64,000 nucleotides of DNA from Tubiluchus corallicola (Eukaryota > Animalia > Priapulida). The stretch spans positions 620,001-684,000 of the forward strand of contig JAQGDQ010000002.1 in assembly GCA_030141605.1 (NCBI GenBank), in the 5' to 3' direction. Positions 43,708-58,096 of this stretch are shown here, piece by piece. The notes under the pieces are model-generated. The model worked only from the letters and a program-made list of their open reading frames with translations, did no database searches and was not told where the DNA came from. Position 1 is the first letter of the stretch. Each line of letters opens with the position of its first letter. The translations under genes were made by a program, and so were the position numbers.

Positions 43708-46499
43708 GTGTGCTTCAGCCTTGGTGCAGCTCATGGTTCTTGTTGTGCCTATTGTAAGTTTTTAGTTTTGTAAAAAATCATCTTAAGATGCGTTAGATAA
43801 TTTGCAAGACTAAAGTTTGTTTATTCCATAAAAAAGCCAAACTTTTTCCTACAACTTAACTCAACACTTGTAGCTTAGGTAAGATGAATTGGCCTTATTA
43901 TAAGTTCAAACTGTACTGAAGCCAATACATAAAAATACATTCTGACCCGGTATCCAATTCTATTCTCGTTCATCATACCTAAGAATCTAGTGCTCTGTTA
44001 CATTTTTAACCTTTGAAAAATGTAAAAATAGTCATTCTGTCAGAAGCATTATTTAAGTGGCGCAAGGCAACCTAACAATGACATTTAAAGAGCAGGAATG
44101 TTCAGAAAACCAAAAATTTAATTACTCTACAATAATAAAGCACTGCAGCGCAAGAGGTCAGTGATGTCTCACTAAAACGTTTGCACGTTGTACTTCACTA
44201 CTGTAATGTCTTTTCATCTATTGCATATTGTGCATTGAAGTAGGTGTGAGCTTAACATTAAAAATACCACTACTTTAAAACATAAAAATGTGTGAATATA
44301 CAAATAAGCAAAACATAAACGTATTACAACAAAATAATGTAAGAAATATGCACAGTATCATAGAGCCAGTCAAAAACATGATAGGCTGTGAAACACCACT
44401 TTGCCAAAAAGAAATTGGGAATTCACATGCCACGTTGTACTATTGTTAGGTTTCATGTGAAAGATTAAACAGAACAAATTATAGGTCAGAGAACAAAATG
44501 CTCAGCGATATCATTTAACACATTAAAAAAAATTACAATTACAAAAAATACAAACCTGTATGTGTTCCATCATCAATGGTTTAATCGTAGTAAGTAAATC
44601 AATGTTTCACTTGTCCAACATGGTATGACAAGTTCACCTCCTAAAATAAACAATGACTTCAGTGTTTGGTAATTCATAATGAGTGAAGGCTCAGTAAGTA
44701 AAACTGATTATTAAAATAAAATTAATAGCTCATTTCACCACTATTAGCTAAATGCCCATTACAGTTATTGCTTCTCTGACCTAAGCTATGGCCAATCTTC
44801 ATTGTCTTTGTAATTTTAAAAAACATGCAGTTTTTAACCTTGCAGCAAGTACAAATAACACCGAGAGAAAGTTAGTCTTTGGGAGTGGGCACACATCCAA
44901 ACATAATAATTGTGCTACAAAAACTCTAGCATGAGCTGCACAACTCCTTTATGAATATACTCTTTTCAATGTATATTATACAGCAAACTATCAGACTATA
45001 TTACAGTTCGGACAACTAGCAAAATCAAGATAGGGTATTCAGGCACATTATCAACAAAAAAACTACAAAATTAATACTAAATTAGTGCTTTAAGCAACGT
45101 GTTACATGACTAAGATCATCCTTAACCTTTTGCATCAGCGTTTTCTCTGAAATGGTCTTCATGTCATGGGAATGGAATCTCCTGGATGGTCCACAAGGTG
45201 AAAGGAAGACAGGATGATTTTTCATATACTACCCCATTTTCAAGTCCGATAAAAAGTATACATTTAACACAATTAATACTGAAAAAGCATTTCTGATATT
45301 AAATAATAGATTAAAATCTTTTTTAATGGCGGGCGAGGCCAACTATTGATGACATCACAAACGAGAATATTTTTCAACGGCAAAAATATTTCACGAATAT
45401 GTTACGTGTGTTTGCGAAAGCGAAAATTGAAGTACAGTGCTACTGTAAAATATTCAGTATGTTGTACTAATACCAGGCAAGTTTTAAGATAAAAATTCTA
45501 ACTCGAAATTTACCGTTGTCTTCATGCATGAGCTGTTGAATGTGTGCAGTTCGTCACAAACTAACACATCTGAACTGAGAGGTACAGCATCCGAAATGCA
45601 GACGCTTGTGCCCGTCTAACTAGCAAATGGCAAAATGCATGTAACAGCGAAGAACTAGTGGCGCGAATTGGAAATTGTGTTTGTGTGGTAATAATTCTTT
45701 CACGTTAAGTCAATTTTGAAAAAATAGTATGTTTGTTTTCAATACTTTAAAAAGTAGATTATTTTGACCTACAGTTTAATATTGGGTCTGGTTTTGCTTG
45801 GATAATTTGAATTCCAGTAAGGATGACAACCAAGTAAGAAAACTTAAAAGCCTTTTGCTAATATTTTTAACAGAAAAGAGGACTCCTTGTGCTCAGCCTT
45901 ACCAAATTCAATGATAACTTTAATCAACTTTTTATAAACAATTGGCATGAATTGCAAGTGACTTTAAACAAAAAACAACAACAACTAACTGGCAATGTGT
46001 GTGCAACAGTAAAATGTTTCTAAAAAATCATATTCTTTTTTGGCTAATAAAATAGCCTTCTTCCTATTGTCTTGATTTAAGCTAGCATGAGCATCAAAAT
46101 ACCTGGTTACAATTAATTAACTATGGTAAGGCACGGCTGCCTATCACGTTTTTATATGCGGTGCAGGACTTTTTATTTTTTAGTGTTTAAGTGATCAAGT
46201 TGTTACGAGGGACTTTGGGTAGTGAAATAGTGTAATTGTAAATGATCACTAACGATGAAGAAATAGACATTGTGGGAATTTTCTGGCAGAGGTAAACTGG
46301 TATATGAGTGCAAGCAGCTTAGACTTGTAGACTTGAAGGGTTTGGATATTTCACGTTCTCAAATCCCCAAGAACTTGACTAGTGTTCGACTCTTGTTTCG
46401 GTACCAGAAATTATTATAACATGCCATCCTTGTGATAGGCATGCAAAAAACCTTAAGAAGGAATGTCATGTTCTTAAGAGAATAAACAAACATGCTAAA

Positions 46500-48530
46500 A
46501 TAGGTGAAACACGTTGATTACCAAGTTTTTGGGTATTAACTTCTCAAACCCTAGTCAAGCAAAACGAAGTTATGAACTTGCAGACTGAATTAATCCAAAG
46601 GGATATTAATATTGCAATCATTATAGAAACCAGGCAAACGAATGTCATTATTTACATTTGCTAAACATTAATGATTATTCTTTGTGGAGGGTGGATCATC
46701 AACATAAATTGCATGGTGGTACTGCAGTATATGTCAAAAATCAAATTCATGTGTAGGAAAGAAAATCAACAGTTGTAGGGTAGGATGGAATTTCTTTGCC
46801 TAAAATGTTAACTTCATGCAATTACTAATATTTGCCATTGACAAATGTTAAATGGAATCTATAGTGGAAGATGTCAATCAATTAAACTACCATAATTTGC
46901 TGACCTTGCAAAACCTGACACACAATTAAAAAACCTATGCAGAAATCACAAATGCTGAACAACAGTATTTCGAGCTTACTATTTTGAAAACATTGGCAAA
47001 GTTCAACAACAAAGGTTCTCTGGAAAGCTAAAATATCAGGTACGAAACAGTCATGCTGGGTGTACTAGAGCACCATATAAAGCTACTTATACTATAGTTT
47101 AGTATTGATAGGTTTAAAATTATGTCAATAACGACCTTGAACTGGACACTTTAACAATAACAAGCGTTGTCCAAAAAAGAGAGCAAAGATTAATTCTGAA
47201 CCAGAAATATTTGATTTTTCTCATGCTAATATTTATCTTATGCAAGAGCTATTTGATGATGTTGATTGGGATTGTTTATTTCGAAGGTAATAACGTAGAA
47301 ACTTGTTGGCAAATATTTTTGGTTAAATATCATACTATTGTTGATTAGTGTGTGCCTAAACGTATTTGAAGCCAAATGTTCCCCACAAGAAGGGTTTAGA
47401 AGAACACTTGGGATATTTGTAGAGCTACAGCAAAAAAGTAAGTGTTAGAGAACTTATTTTAACTCCGGACTGTCTAAGCGGTACTGCCGCTAAACTTAAT
47501 AATACTTTATAACTAGCTAGATCTGACTATGAGCGTAAACCTGGCCAAGAAAATTAAAGATAAGAAGTCCGTCAAAAGATTTTTCCAGTACAGCAAATTC
47601 TTTGTATGCCCAACTAACAGAATTTCTAGAATTAGCGATGAAGAAGGCTTGATTCTCCGTGAACCTCAGGCAGTTACTAATCGAATAAATGACCACTTCT
47701 CTCAAGTTTTCATAGATCATGAGTTGCCTTGCCTTGGTCTGTTCAATAAATGACTAATACTGATTTTTGTATAGAAGATTTATTATTCAGATGTTTTGCC
47801 TGTCTCTTGATTCTGGAAAATTGCCAAGATCCTGGATGGATGCTAATATTACTCCACTTTCTAAAGTGATTAATACTACATTGTGTGATGAACTTGGCCC
47901 GATTTCTCTCACTTTGTGAAAATCCTTGAGAAACTAATTTGGTGAGAAGTTCTTTTGTTTTTATTAATTTAAAACTAGTTGACGGAAACTTAGCATGATT
48001 CTCTTCCTGATAGGCCAACTTTAACCAATTTGTTGGAATGTCTTAATAATTGGACTAAAATTTTGATGATGATTATAGATCTAGCACAGATATTATATAT
48101 TTATACATCGGTAAAGCATTTGATTCAGTGCCTTTTGAGCACTTATTGCGGAAAATGTTGTTTGCTGGTATTAGGGATAAACTAATTCGTTGGTGTTCAT
48201 ACCTTTTCTTACGTGCAGAAGCCAATGTGTAATTTTAAATTAATTGTCTACTGAGTGGATTCACTGATTCCTGTCTACTTAGTGGTATTACACAGAAAAT
48301 GCTCGGTGGCCCTTATTGTTTATGTTATATCATTGATTTGACAGAGTATGTTACCTGATCTATTAATATGTTCATTGAATGTTAAATTATACAGGAGGAT
48401 CAAATCACAATTTGATTCTGACATGTTGCTATAAATCTCGACAATCCGTGTTGTGCAGAAATGGAACAACCTAGGCAGTGATGTTGCTTAAACGAGCACT
48501 GAGAGCATTTTTCAAGGATAACAAATATTT
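46500..48530 (+). mobile_element. Decayed CR1-like LINE ORF2 (APE endonuclease plus RT)
   Basis: DINIAIIIET, GGTAVYVK, LFDDVDW, SWMDANITPLSK, PISL, TNLLECLNNWTK, DIIYLYIGKAFDSVP, GIRDKLIRW, SG..Q..PLLF and WNNL occur in order, with stops and frameshifts. Confidence 0.85.
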
Positions 48531-48689
48531 TTAAATTTTAGTTTACAAGTTACTCTTGCATTGGCAGAAGTGCGTGTAATGGCCCTAAGAAAACTTACAG
48601 GTGCGAAAGTGTAACTGCGCTCATATAATTATAAAAAGAATGCCTTCAGCAGGTATCCCATATTCGTGATTAATATTCAGTTTCTTTTT

Positions 48690-49400
48690 TAACGAAACAA
48701 GTCAACAACATTACCAATTTCCCACTGCATGTTGTGGCAATATGGTCTATCTGCTAACGCTGATTTAGAGCAGCGTTTGTACAAAGTGCGGGCATCGCCA
48801 GGGACAAAGTCGCGTCCACGCTGCGCGACCCCAACCATTCGATACTTATTAAATAGTCCTTTGATACTTATTAAAGAGATGAAAATATGTGCATCAAAAG
48901 GTATAACTGCTGACAAATGTTTGTTTTAAAATGTTTAAAAAATATTTTAGATAATAACAGTTAGTTAAAAGGAAGGTTGTAATCAGTGAATCTTATCTTG
49001 CCAATTATAGTCGATTTCTGCATTTCTTTTTGACAACCACCGTAGTAGAGAACGATTGTTCACATAAATAGCATGAAGGGCAATGCATCAAAGCTTTGAT
49101 GGCATGCCTTGCCAAGGTTGGGTGCGAAGGAACATTTTCAGCCAGAAAGATGGTAGTGAAAGTGACTGTACAAGAACCTTCGCTCCTATATCTTGCTGCA
49201 GCTAGACAAGCTCCTCCTGAGAGGTATTCTCCTCATCAAGTTCAGTGGAACTTTGAAACGGTCACGCACCACTGCAAAAGACTACAAATCCAGCTCAGGA
49301 ATGAAGTATTCAAACTCTTTAATGAATTAACATGCTGTTTATTAGTGCAGACGATCGTTGCTCTTTCATGTATTCTTCAATCTATGACCTAATATGACTC
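48690..49400 (-). mobile_element. Decayed Penelope-like element fragment (RT thumb and GIY-YIG end)
   Basis: Minus strand reads FLSWICS..KF, PSHPTLARHAIKALM..LC (cf. SHHP..K..IKxL..RA..IC) and GDARTLYKR..KSALAD..HNMQWE..VVD (cf. GETxRTL..R..KSALAEH..H..DW). Confidence 0.45.
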
Positions 49401-50245
49401 GTTTTTCTCAATAAAGATTTTCCACTTCACTGTTTTTGCTTTGGGAGACTTCTAAATGCTCATTCAGACGAGGCAACAGTGTGAAACGGTTAGCAGCCAC
49501 TTTGCCTTTCAGTAATTTTAAAATTACCAGAAATCCAATCAGTTTAACCTTTGGTAGCAGGTAGTACAATGAAAGAGAAAGATGATTGTTCACAGCATTT
49601 CCTTTGAGCGCAGGCAGTTACCGAAATTGTACAAATGTTTTTTAGAAAGCAAGGAAATGCTCGCAACCCCACAAAATTCACTTTGCGATTTCATATCTGG
49701 TCCGCGATACCAAGGCTGAAAAACCACAGCCTAAATTAAAACGTTATTGCAAAACTCAGAAATACATGTAGACTGAGTAAGTCGGAACAGAAATTTCAGA
49801 AAGTGACTGGTCAGATCATTATCACTATTGTATTATTGGTTTTCACTAGAAAGACAAACAGTCATTTTCACAAAAGGGATTGGAAATTATAAATTCTATA
49901 TAGACAGTTTGGCACACTGCAAGTACTCAGCAGCAAGGCCTTCTGCACGCTTCTACTGGTATTGAAAGATTGTCTTAGCTATTGAGAATGTAGCTTGTTA
50001 CTACAGATAAAACCCTGAGATGAAACCCTAATTTAAACCATGAAAAGTGTCTTAAACTCGTCAGGATGTGCACCTATCCTCCCTCGTGAAGAAAAATAGG
50101 CATAGGCAGCATTTTAAATAAAACTGCCTACAAAATAATTTTCATGATAGTCACACATCAATTTTTTGGTACAATTTCTGCAGCTAAAGTATGCACTATG
50201 ATCTTTCAGTTATGCCTCTGTCTTATAATAGTAATAGTAATAATA

Positions 50246-50307
<62 letters not shown>
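50246..50307. repeat. (ATG)n microsatellite
   Basis: Direct reading of the sequence. Confidence 0.97.
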
Positions 50308-52353
50308 AATTTTTAATCCGTGTGTGTTCGGGAATAAGAATAGACTCATTGCAGCCTCACCATGTCGTAGAAGGCGACTAAAGAGGTCTGACGCCTGGCA
50401 GAGTTGATAAACCGGGCGTCACCAACCGCTCAGACAACAATAAACAATTTTTTTTTATTATTTGCTCTATATGAATGATCTAAAATTAATAGGCAAATGA
50501 GGCGAAAGGTTGAAAGTCTCAGTCATACAACGAGAATTTTTACTCAGGATTCGTGATTGAAAAGTGTGCTAGTTTATCACTAAAGGGTGGTATTACTTGC
50601 TTGTACCAGTAATCGCACGTTGGATGTGTTGAGGGAACTCTGGAAAATGCACTTGAAAGACTGGCAGGGATACAGAAGGACACTATTTTCGGATCAGCAT
50701 ACATCTTTAGACGATATTTGTAGAGCGTAGTGTCTTGGGTAGACTTCATTTTGCAAGTTATAATAAACCAACTGAGCTGTAATATTATAGAATAATAACA
50801 ATAATAATAATAAACATGATAGTGGTAATCGGTTTTAATTTAAAAAATCTGCATTAACAGGAGATTTCAAAAGTAACGTCAGATAATATCGATTTTTTAA
50901 TGTTGATTGTTCGGGCCTTAGATGAAGAATAAGTTAACTTAGTTGACACCAAGAAGAAAATTTTCAACGTGCAATGGATACCCTTGACATCCATGGCAGT
51001 GTCTCAAATTCCAGAGGTAACATGTAGGTGAACATGGTATAAATTTATCATTTGCTAACAAATAAATATATGTATACATATATACATATGTATCCTGGAA
51101 ACTTGAAAACTAGTTTTAGTAGCCATTATTATTCTATTGAATAGGACTGTATGTCTCCAGTTTATTAAAACACAGGCGTATATGTTTGATCTCAGTCGGC
51201 ACCTGTTACTTGTCTCCCCATTCACCTCATAACGAAAAAGATAAATCCACATTCATCCACATAATATGTTACTCTAAGCATCGCCGAGTGGCTTCCCTGA
51301 TAACATCTTACAGCTTCTGGCTTTTTTTGCAGCAGCTGCTTTTACCTGACAAGTGATTGCTGCTCAACGCTGACTGGAAGCTAATTTGTTTCACCCTTAA
51401 AAAAGATGGACAAAATTAATGTTATCAATATATTTTATGGTATAAAAATAAAGCACTTAATAGCTCGTAGACAGCTAATACTCTGAGCATAAGCTGAAAC
51501 CACAAGAGAAGTGATTGTTGCGCGGACTGAGATTTATCTGGGTCTCGGGTTTTAATTCATTTATTTTTTTCTTGTTTATGCGCCTTGTGTGATTATTCCA
51601 CATAAAGACAGAACTACAAATAGCAAAAACCACCAGAAGGCAAAAGACATGCACGCAGCCGACTTGTCATTTTGTGTGTTTGGCAACCCAATTTATGCAG
51701 CGCCGAGCTTAGTTCAGTAAATGGATCGGTGACTGATAATAAAATGCTTCAGAGCGGTTTAAAGTGGCATACTGTACTGGGCTATCTTTTCGAAGGAGAA
51801 TGTATACTCATCAGAATGCAGCTAAGGTATTTCCATCTGTGAATACACAAACCGATAATCGTCGAAAAGCAGTGCTTTTTTGTATCAGAACTTACAAATT
51901 TTTGCTTACACTGATAGCCGCTACCGTACAAAATAACTATAAACATATGGACAAAACGCCAAAAATAAGTAGTTGTTTAGTGACGATTCGTCATTTAATC
52001 AAGAAATTGTATCACTATTATAATTACCTATAGCAAATCATCGCAAAGATTTTATTCAAGGACATGTGCAGATATCAAGTAATCTTTGCATGAAAGATTA
52101 AATGTTGTAACTGAACGACCAAAATGCTGGTCTTCAACCCTTCTGGATTGAAAAAAATCTACCGCCTCACAAACTTGTTATAAAAATAAAATTATGAATC
52201 TCCTTACTTGTATAGCATAAAATTATTTTTTAGTGTCTTAGGACCAAATTTAAGCATGAAAATTAGAACAATTTTTTACGCAACCTGAATCATTCAACGA
52301 AACGGTAAAACAAATGTGAATCTTAGCTAATGAGAATATATATCAGTTATATC

Positions 52354-52356
<3 letters not shown>

Positions 52357-52434
<78 letters not shown>
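52357..52434. repeat. (TTA)n microsatellite
   Basis: Direct reading of the sequence. Confidence 0.97.
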
Positions 52435-52438
<4 letters not shown>

Positions 52439-54790
52439 TTTTTGTATAATATCTCATGTGCAATATACATGCACGATTTATAATTTCTGTTAGTTCATAA
52501 TAAGATTGTGGACTTTATAAGTACAAAAATACAAGGAAAACGACTTATGCATGATCGGTTTGAAACGCGTATAAATACTAACATTGAATTTTAAACAATC
52601 TAAGTTGCCCAGGCTATTTGACAATAATAATTAAGATGGGCTATTAATTATTAACTTTAGTAATAACCTTATTTTTGCCTGTACAGTAGCATCTGACAAC
52701 CACTTGCTGTGCATGTATAGTGGATAAAAAGTCTAGAAGTCTGAAGTCAGTATATTATATTCTTACATTATATAACGTCAAATCCTCAAATTTGAAAAAA
52801 TAAAAGGCAAACTACTTTGGAAGAGACTAGAGACAGCGTGGTTTCTATTAATTTTAAAATGATTCAGTTTTTCGCGAGCTTCCCACATGTTTGATCAATC
52901 AGATTGCAGCAACCTTTTGTCTGTCTTTTTGTCTAAGTAAAAATAATTTAATCATGTATACACTCACTTTCACATTTAAGTGTATTCTCCACGCAGAGCG
53001 CTTGGTCGGTCATTGCGAGGTGGACCTGTATTATTAAACTGTGTTAGGTTTTGGACGCGTCACAACCATCCATATTAAGTACGTCCTACTATATGCCTGT
53101 TTGCAATGTGTTGAATTTTATGAAAAAAAATCTGGCTGAAATTAATATTTATCTAAGCCTACATATGGGCAGAATTTAAATTTTAGTAACGTCAATGTAT
53201 CGGGCTTCGATTTTAGTTCAAACTGCGAAAAATTACTCGAGTTAAGTTGCTTGAACAACATAAAAGAATGCCGCCACTAATTAAGCCATTATGCCAATGA
53301 CTGTCAATACTTGTATTTTAGATCATTTAATAATTTATGACCATAACTAGCTAGTAGCTAGTAACAACAATGATTTAACTTGTCGTTAGATTGCTTTTAA
53401 GACGAAAATAAATAATGCAAAAGAAGTGTGCAGATTGTGTCGTATCGTAATTTTTGCAATCATTGATTGGTGAGAGCAAGAGTTACAGTTACGATTTTGT
53501 AGCTTTTCAACGATAAACTGCATGTAGAAAAAAACAAGAACAAGCTCGTTCGTATAAGCTTCCATGAATTAGTCTCTACCATTAACAAAAAATAGTGCCA
53601 CAATTAAAAGTAGGGAGAGGCAGAAAGTTTCAAACTATAACAGTGCTTTATCATTAGCTGAAAAAAGAGAAAAAGGGGAGAATATGTCAGTGCATAGCTG
53701 CACTCTATTTTGTGGTGGCTTAAAACGTGCAAAAATTTTGCAGATATATTTCAGAAATGATTCTATGAGTTTTAAAGATTTATTGTTTCTACAGCTGAGG
53801 AAAATAAATGAAACTAAAGCATTATTTATTTCCTTCTATGTGTCACATCGTACGTCACGAGGTTTCGAAGCTTTGAACAAAATTTTGGTAAATTAAAATG
53901 CTACCTACAAGAATAATGATGAATGAACAAAAATGATGTTTTAACTTTCACCATTTAGGGTTTCCAATTAAACGTAGCCGAGAAAACGCATGCTCTAGAT
54001 TAAAAGTAGCCAAACAAGCTCTTCACGAGAATCCTATTTATCTTGGCTTTTTGGGATAACGAAGATTTTGTAGAATGAGCGAGAAAACAATCGTCTTTGC
54101 ATATTTGATACTGCATTATTATATCACATTGTACTATTATTATGCTACGGAAGACTGTTCTCCATAATGTGGAGACTTTTCTCCACAATCCGCACATTTC
54201 ACATGGTAAAAAGGTCTCTACAAAATTTTTAAAGTCTCCACATTGTCAGTTTCTGCAGGAGATTAAATTAATTACAAACATTTTTAAAAGCACACATAAC
54301 ATCATTTCGCTGCTTTTATTTGAGTGCACTGACATCCGCTGGCAGGTGCTCCCCCAATTCTTCGGTTAAATGTGAAAATACTGTTTTAAAATAAGCTGCT
54401 CCGTGATTTTAAGCAAGTGCTCAAGTGAGTTTGTAGCCCCGTCCACGTCAGAGTATTTCGTATTCGGGGTATACATTGTCTATTTTATTTATTTGTTTCA
54501 CATTTTATCCATAATTTTAATGCAGGTAGGTACAAAGCTGTTAGCAAACACTTGTAGTATAGGTATATTACTACAAGTGTATTTTTACCCATATAACTTA
54601 GCTTACTTCTGTACACATCTAGTGAAGATAAATCGCTGTTATTTGTTTATATGCTTAATTATAGGCTTGATTAAATTCTCATTAAGTGGTTTCATTAAGT
54701 AGCAGTAACATAATGATATAGGCAAGTTATTTAGTGGGGAAAACAGCTTGAACTACCCAAAAAAACAATAATCAGTAACAAGAATGTGGA

Positions 54791-54911
<121 letters not shown>

Positions 54912-55992
54912 ATCAGACAGAGAATCAGTGGGATTTGAAGGACCAAAGTTCGTCACCTTAAACGATCACACGAATATCTTTCGAAACAAATCGTTTTTAA
55001 ATTGGTAAACGTGATGTTTAACTAGAAAATACAATGAAGTAATGTAAGAGTAATTCATTTCCACGAAACTGTGGATATTAGATCATTAAAAGTTATGATG
55101 TTATATTATTACATTATCAGTTCAAGTTCTAAATGTGCGCAATTTGTAGTACATATTGGGATAGGTAGCGCACCATGTAGTTAATTTATTTAATACATAA
55201 TCAGTAGATAATTACATTATGCATTAAATTTTTTGCATTGTCGCTTGTATCGCAATATTATATTTGGGCGTTATAACGTGCCTTATAATGGCTATCAAAC
55301 ATTTAGTAAATAAAGTCAACTTCTGTAACGTAAAACAAATCTAGGACAATATTATGGACATCACATTTACAACTTTTGGACTTTTGTGTTTATTCACACG
55401 GAGCTATAGAGCTAAGTGCATCACATCTATCGACTGATGACCATTGTCATCATATTGGTTAGCATAATTTAATTAGCTATTACGTATTACGCATTTTACC
55501 AAGTTGTGTTCTCCAAACATTGAGATATTTGTCAGTGAATTTTCGTTATTTGAGAAGCACCCTATACTTGTGTGTCTTGTAAATTAGCAAATTAGTTGAT
55601 GCGTTTATCAGAGGTCCACCTCAACGTTAGGTAATTTAGGCTTATTTAGCGTATTTGACGGAGCGAATTTATCACGTCTTGCAGCTGAGCTTCTAACATC
55701 ATACTTACAAATTATTTCATTTCTTTGAACAGCAGAACGCTGAGTGAGAGGCTGAGAGCTTAATTAACTATCTGTGACAGGACTGCTCTTTCCAGAAGAA
55801 CATTAACAAATGTGCAACCACTTTGTAAAGGAATGTCAGACTTTTTTGCCAAACTGTACTCTGTAACCAGACCCAGGAATCCACAAGAAATACACATATA
55901 CTGCATAACTTGAACTTTTCTGGGTATCACAGGAAGTAATTAAGGAGCAATACGTAATGTACGAGCAACAGGGCGCATGCCCAGAATGGAAT

Positions 55993-56062
55993 GCGCACAT
56001 TTCAATAATGGCTTCAGTGTATCACTAGCGCACATTTCAATAATGGATTCAGTGTATTACTG
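55993..56062. repeat. Tandem duplication, 2 x 35 bp, upstream of the GPCR promoter
   Basis: gcgcacatttcaataatgg(c/a)ttcagtgtat(c/t)act occurs twice. Confidence 0.88.
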
Positions 56063-56101
56063 CTAGTAGCCGGCGTGTCAGAGACGTGGCAAGACTTAGC
56101 T

Positions 56102-56183
56102 TTGACGTTAAGTTGAGTATAATTTTTGTAAAGTACGCAACCGGAAGTATAAATGCTACAGACTCAACACGTTGCTATCAGTT
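56102..56183 (+). promoter_or_regulatory. Putative core promoter of the GPCR at 56564
   Basis: CRE-like TTGACGTTAA (56102); ETS site CCGGAAGT (56141-56148) abutting TATAAA (56148-56153); Inr TCAGTT (56178-56183) with +1 about 32 nt after the TATA. Confidence 0.6.
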
Positions 56184-56563
56184 TTTCTCGTGTTTCTTTT
56201 GCGTTCGTTTCCAGAAAGTCAAGCTGCAAAATTAGTTTGAGAATGAGCCTAAAGAAAATTCCTTCTGATGGAGTTCTAATAACAGAAAGGCCGACTAACC
56301 GATAGCGGACCAACTATTATTAAGAAAACTTTGAAAGTTCTTGAATCAAGAAAAGTGCCTGTTTCACTTGTCTTAGCCCATGGTTGCACTATCCAGCTGC
56401 ATGCACTGCGCATAAGTGTCCATGTAGAAAGTACTGTGATGATATGGAACAGTTAAACACTGAGTGGCAGGAACAGCGCTATTAAATTCTGTTGTATTAA
56501 ATTTTAAGCTAAACATTAAGCGTATGTTATAATTTAACAGAAAAGTGCAGAAAAATTGTTAAA

Positions 56564-57009
56564 ATGTCCGAGATGTCGAATGAACTGTACACCGCGTTTT
56601 TACTATACCAAAATTACAGTGATGACAATGTAACGTTGCCTCGCTTTGAAAAGGGTATGTCCAGTGAGGTACGGGTCGGACTTACATTCCTCTACACGCT
56701 CACCATTCTGGCTTCACTACTGGGCAATATCTCAGTGATATTAGTATTCACCTGTGGCAGACGTTGCAAGAACAATCTTTTCGGGTTCCTTCTCAATCTG
56801 GCAGTGGCAGACATCATCATGGCTGTATTTTGCATGCCTTTCACTTTTAGCAAAATGTTGTTACACTGGTGGATTTATTCAGAAGCGCTGTGTCCCATTG
56901 TTCTTTTCCTACAAATAGTGTCAGTCAGTTCTAGCATTTACACACAGCTAGCCATTGGGATCGATAGATTTCTGGCAATCAGGTGGCCACTGAAGCCTCA
57001 GTGGACAAG
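56564..57009 (+). CDS. First coding exon (TM1-TM3/ICL2) of a neuropeptide GPCR (GPR83/RYamide-luqin/NPY-receptor-like); the remainder is probably beyond the window
   Basis: LLGNISVI, FLLNLAVADIIMAVFCMPFTF, WIYSEALCP, SIYTQLAIGIDRFLAIRWPLK; donor ACA AG|gtaatt at 57010. Confidence 0.9.
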
Positions 57010-58096
57010 GTAATTCTATAAAATTAGTTATAACCATAACTAAAACCCAAATATTTTTGTCGTTGCGATATAGCTTTAGCCTATAAAATGGCACATTGTA
57101 TAACGAACGACATGCAGATCGGCGCACTGCAGGCCAGAATTCATGCAGCATTCTTCTGTTGATTTTGTAGAGAACAGGGACCTAGTTAACTGCCAAAAAT
57201 ACAACCGTGTAAAATGAGACAGTGAACTTGCAGAGATGTCTTAGCCACCATTCCTAAACATCTCCTGGATGAGTAAAATAATTGGAGTTAGTGTGGTTGA
57301 CGAGTTGCAACAGAATCAGAATTTTCCTTTAGCTCGAGGTTGTTGTCGTTGTCATTACCCTGTATTTGTAAATCAAGTGAATTAAACTGATTTGCTATTT
57401 ACTCATCGATGATCGTGTAAGTTATAGCAGAATTAGAAATAATAAAAGCAGCGATACTTTAAATAAGTAATACTGCTAAGCTAGTAACATGGGTTTGTAA
57501 CCGATACACGGTTGTGGCCATGTCAAAATTTAATGGCTGAGACATTAAGATTGTAAGCTTCAAACGGCACTAGCATAGCCAGATTTTTTATATGTATCCA
57601 TGCTTTTCTCACATGTATCACATGTAGCCCTACATGTAATGCAGAAGCCCCAAAGTGCGAAGTTTTGGTTATTTACAGGGAGGCTGATAAACTGAGATAA
57701 AGTGCTTTTTGCGAAATGACACGTGTTCTGCAGGCTTTTACGCTACTAGTTTGTAACCATCTCGCTGACTCACCAGGCTGTGTAAATGTAGTGCTACACT
57801 TTTATTTACACACTTCAGCCCGCTTCAACGGCAGGACCTACGTAATGTAGACTTGTTACAACTTGACGGGACCGGGACGCAGCTCATTATAAAGTAAATG
57901 CTTCTAAAACGAGCCACTAAACCGACAGAGGTGTCTTTTTATGTACATGCATCCTGTCTCTATCAGCATGGCGAAATAAATCGCACAAAAGGGCATCGGA
58001 TCCGCCCATTCGGCAGTTACACTTACCATTTACTTTATTTCAACTAGACAACTAGAGTAAAGGCTTCAAATGGTGGTATGGTGAAAGGTGGCCTCA

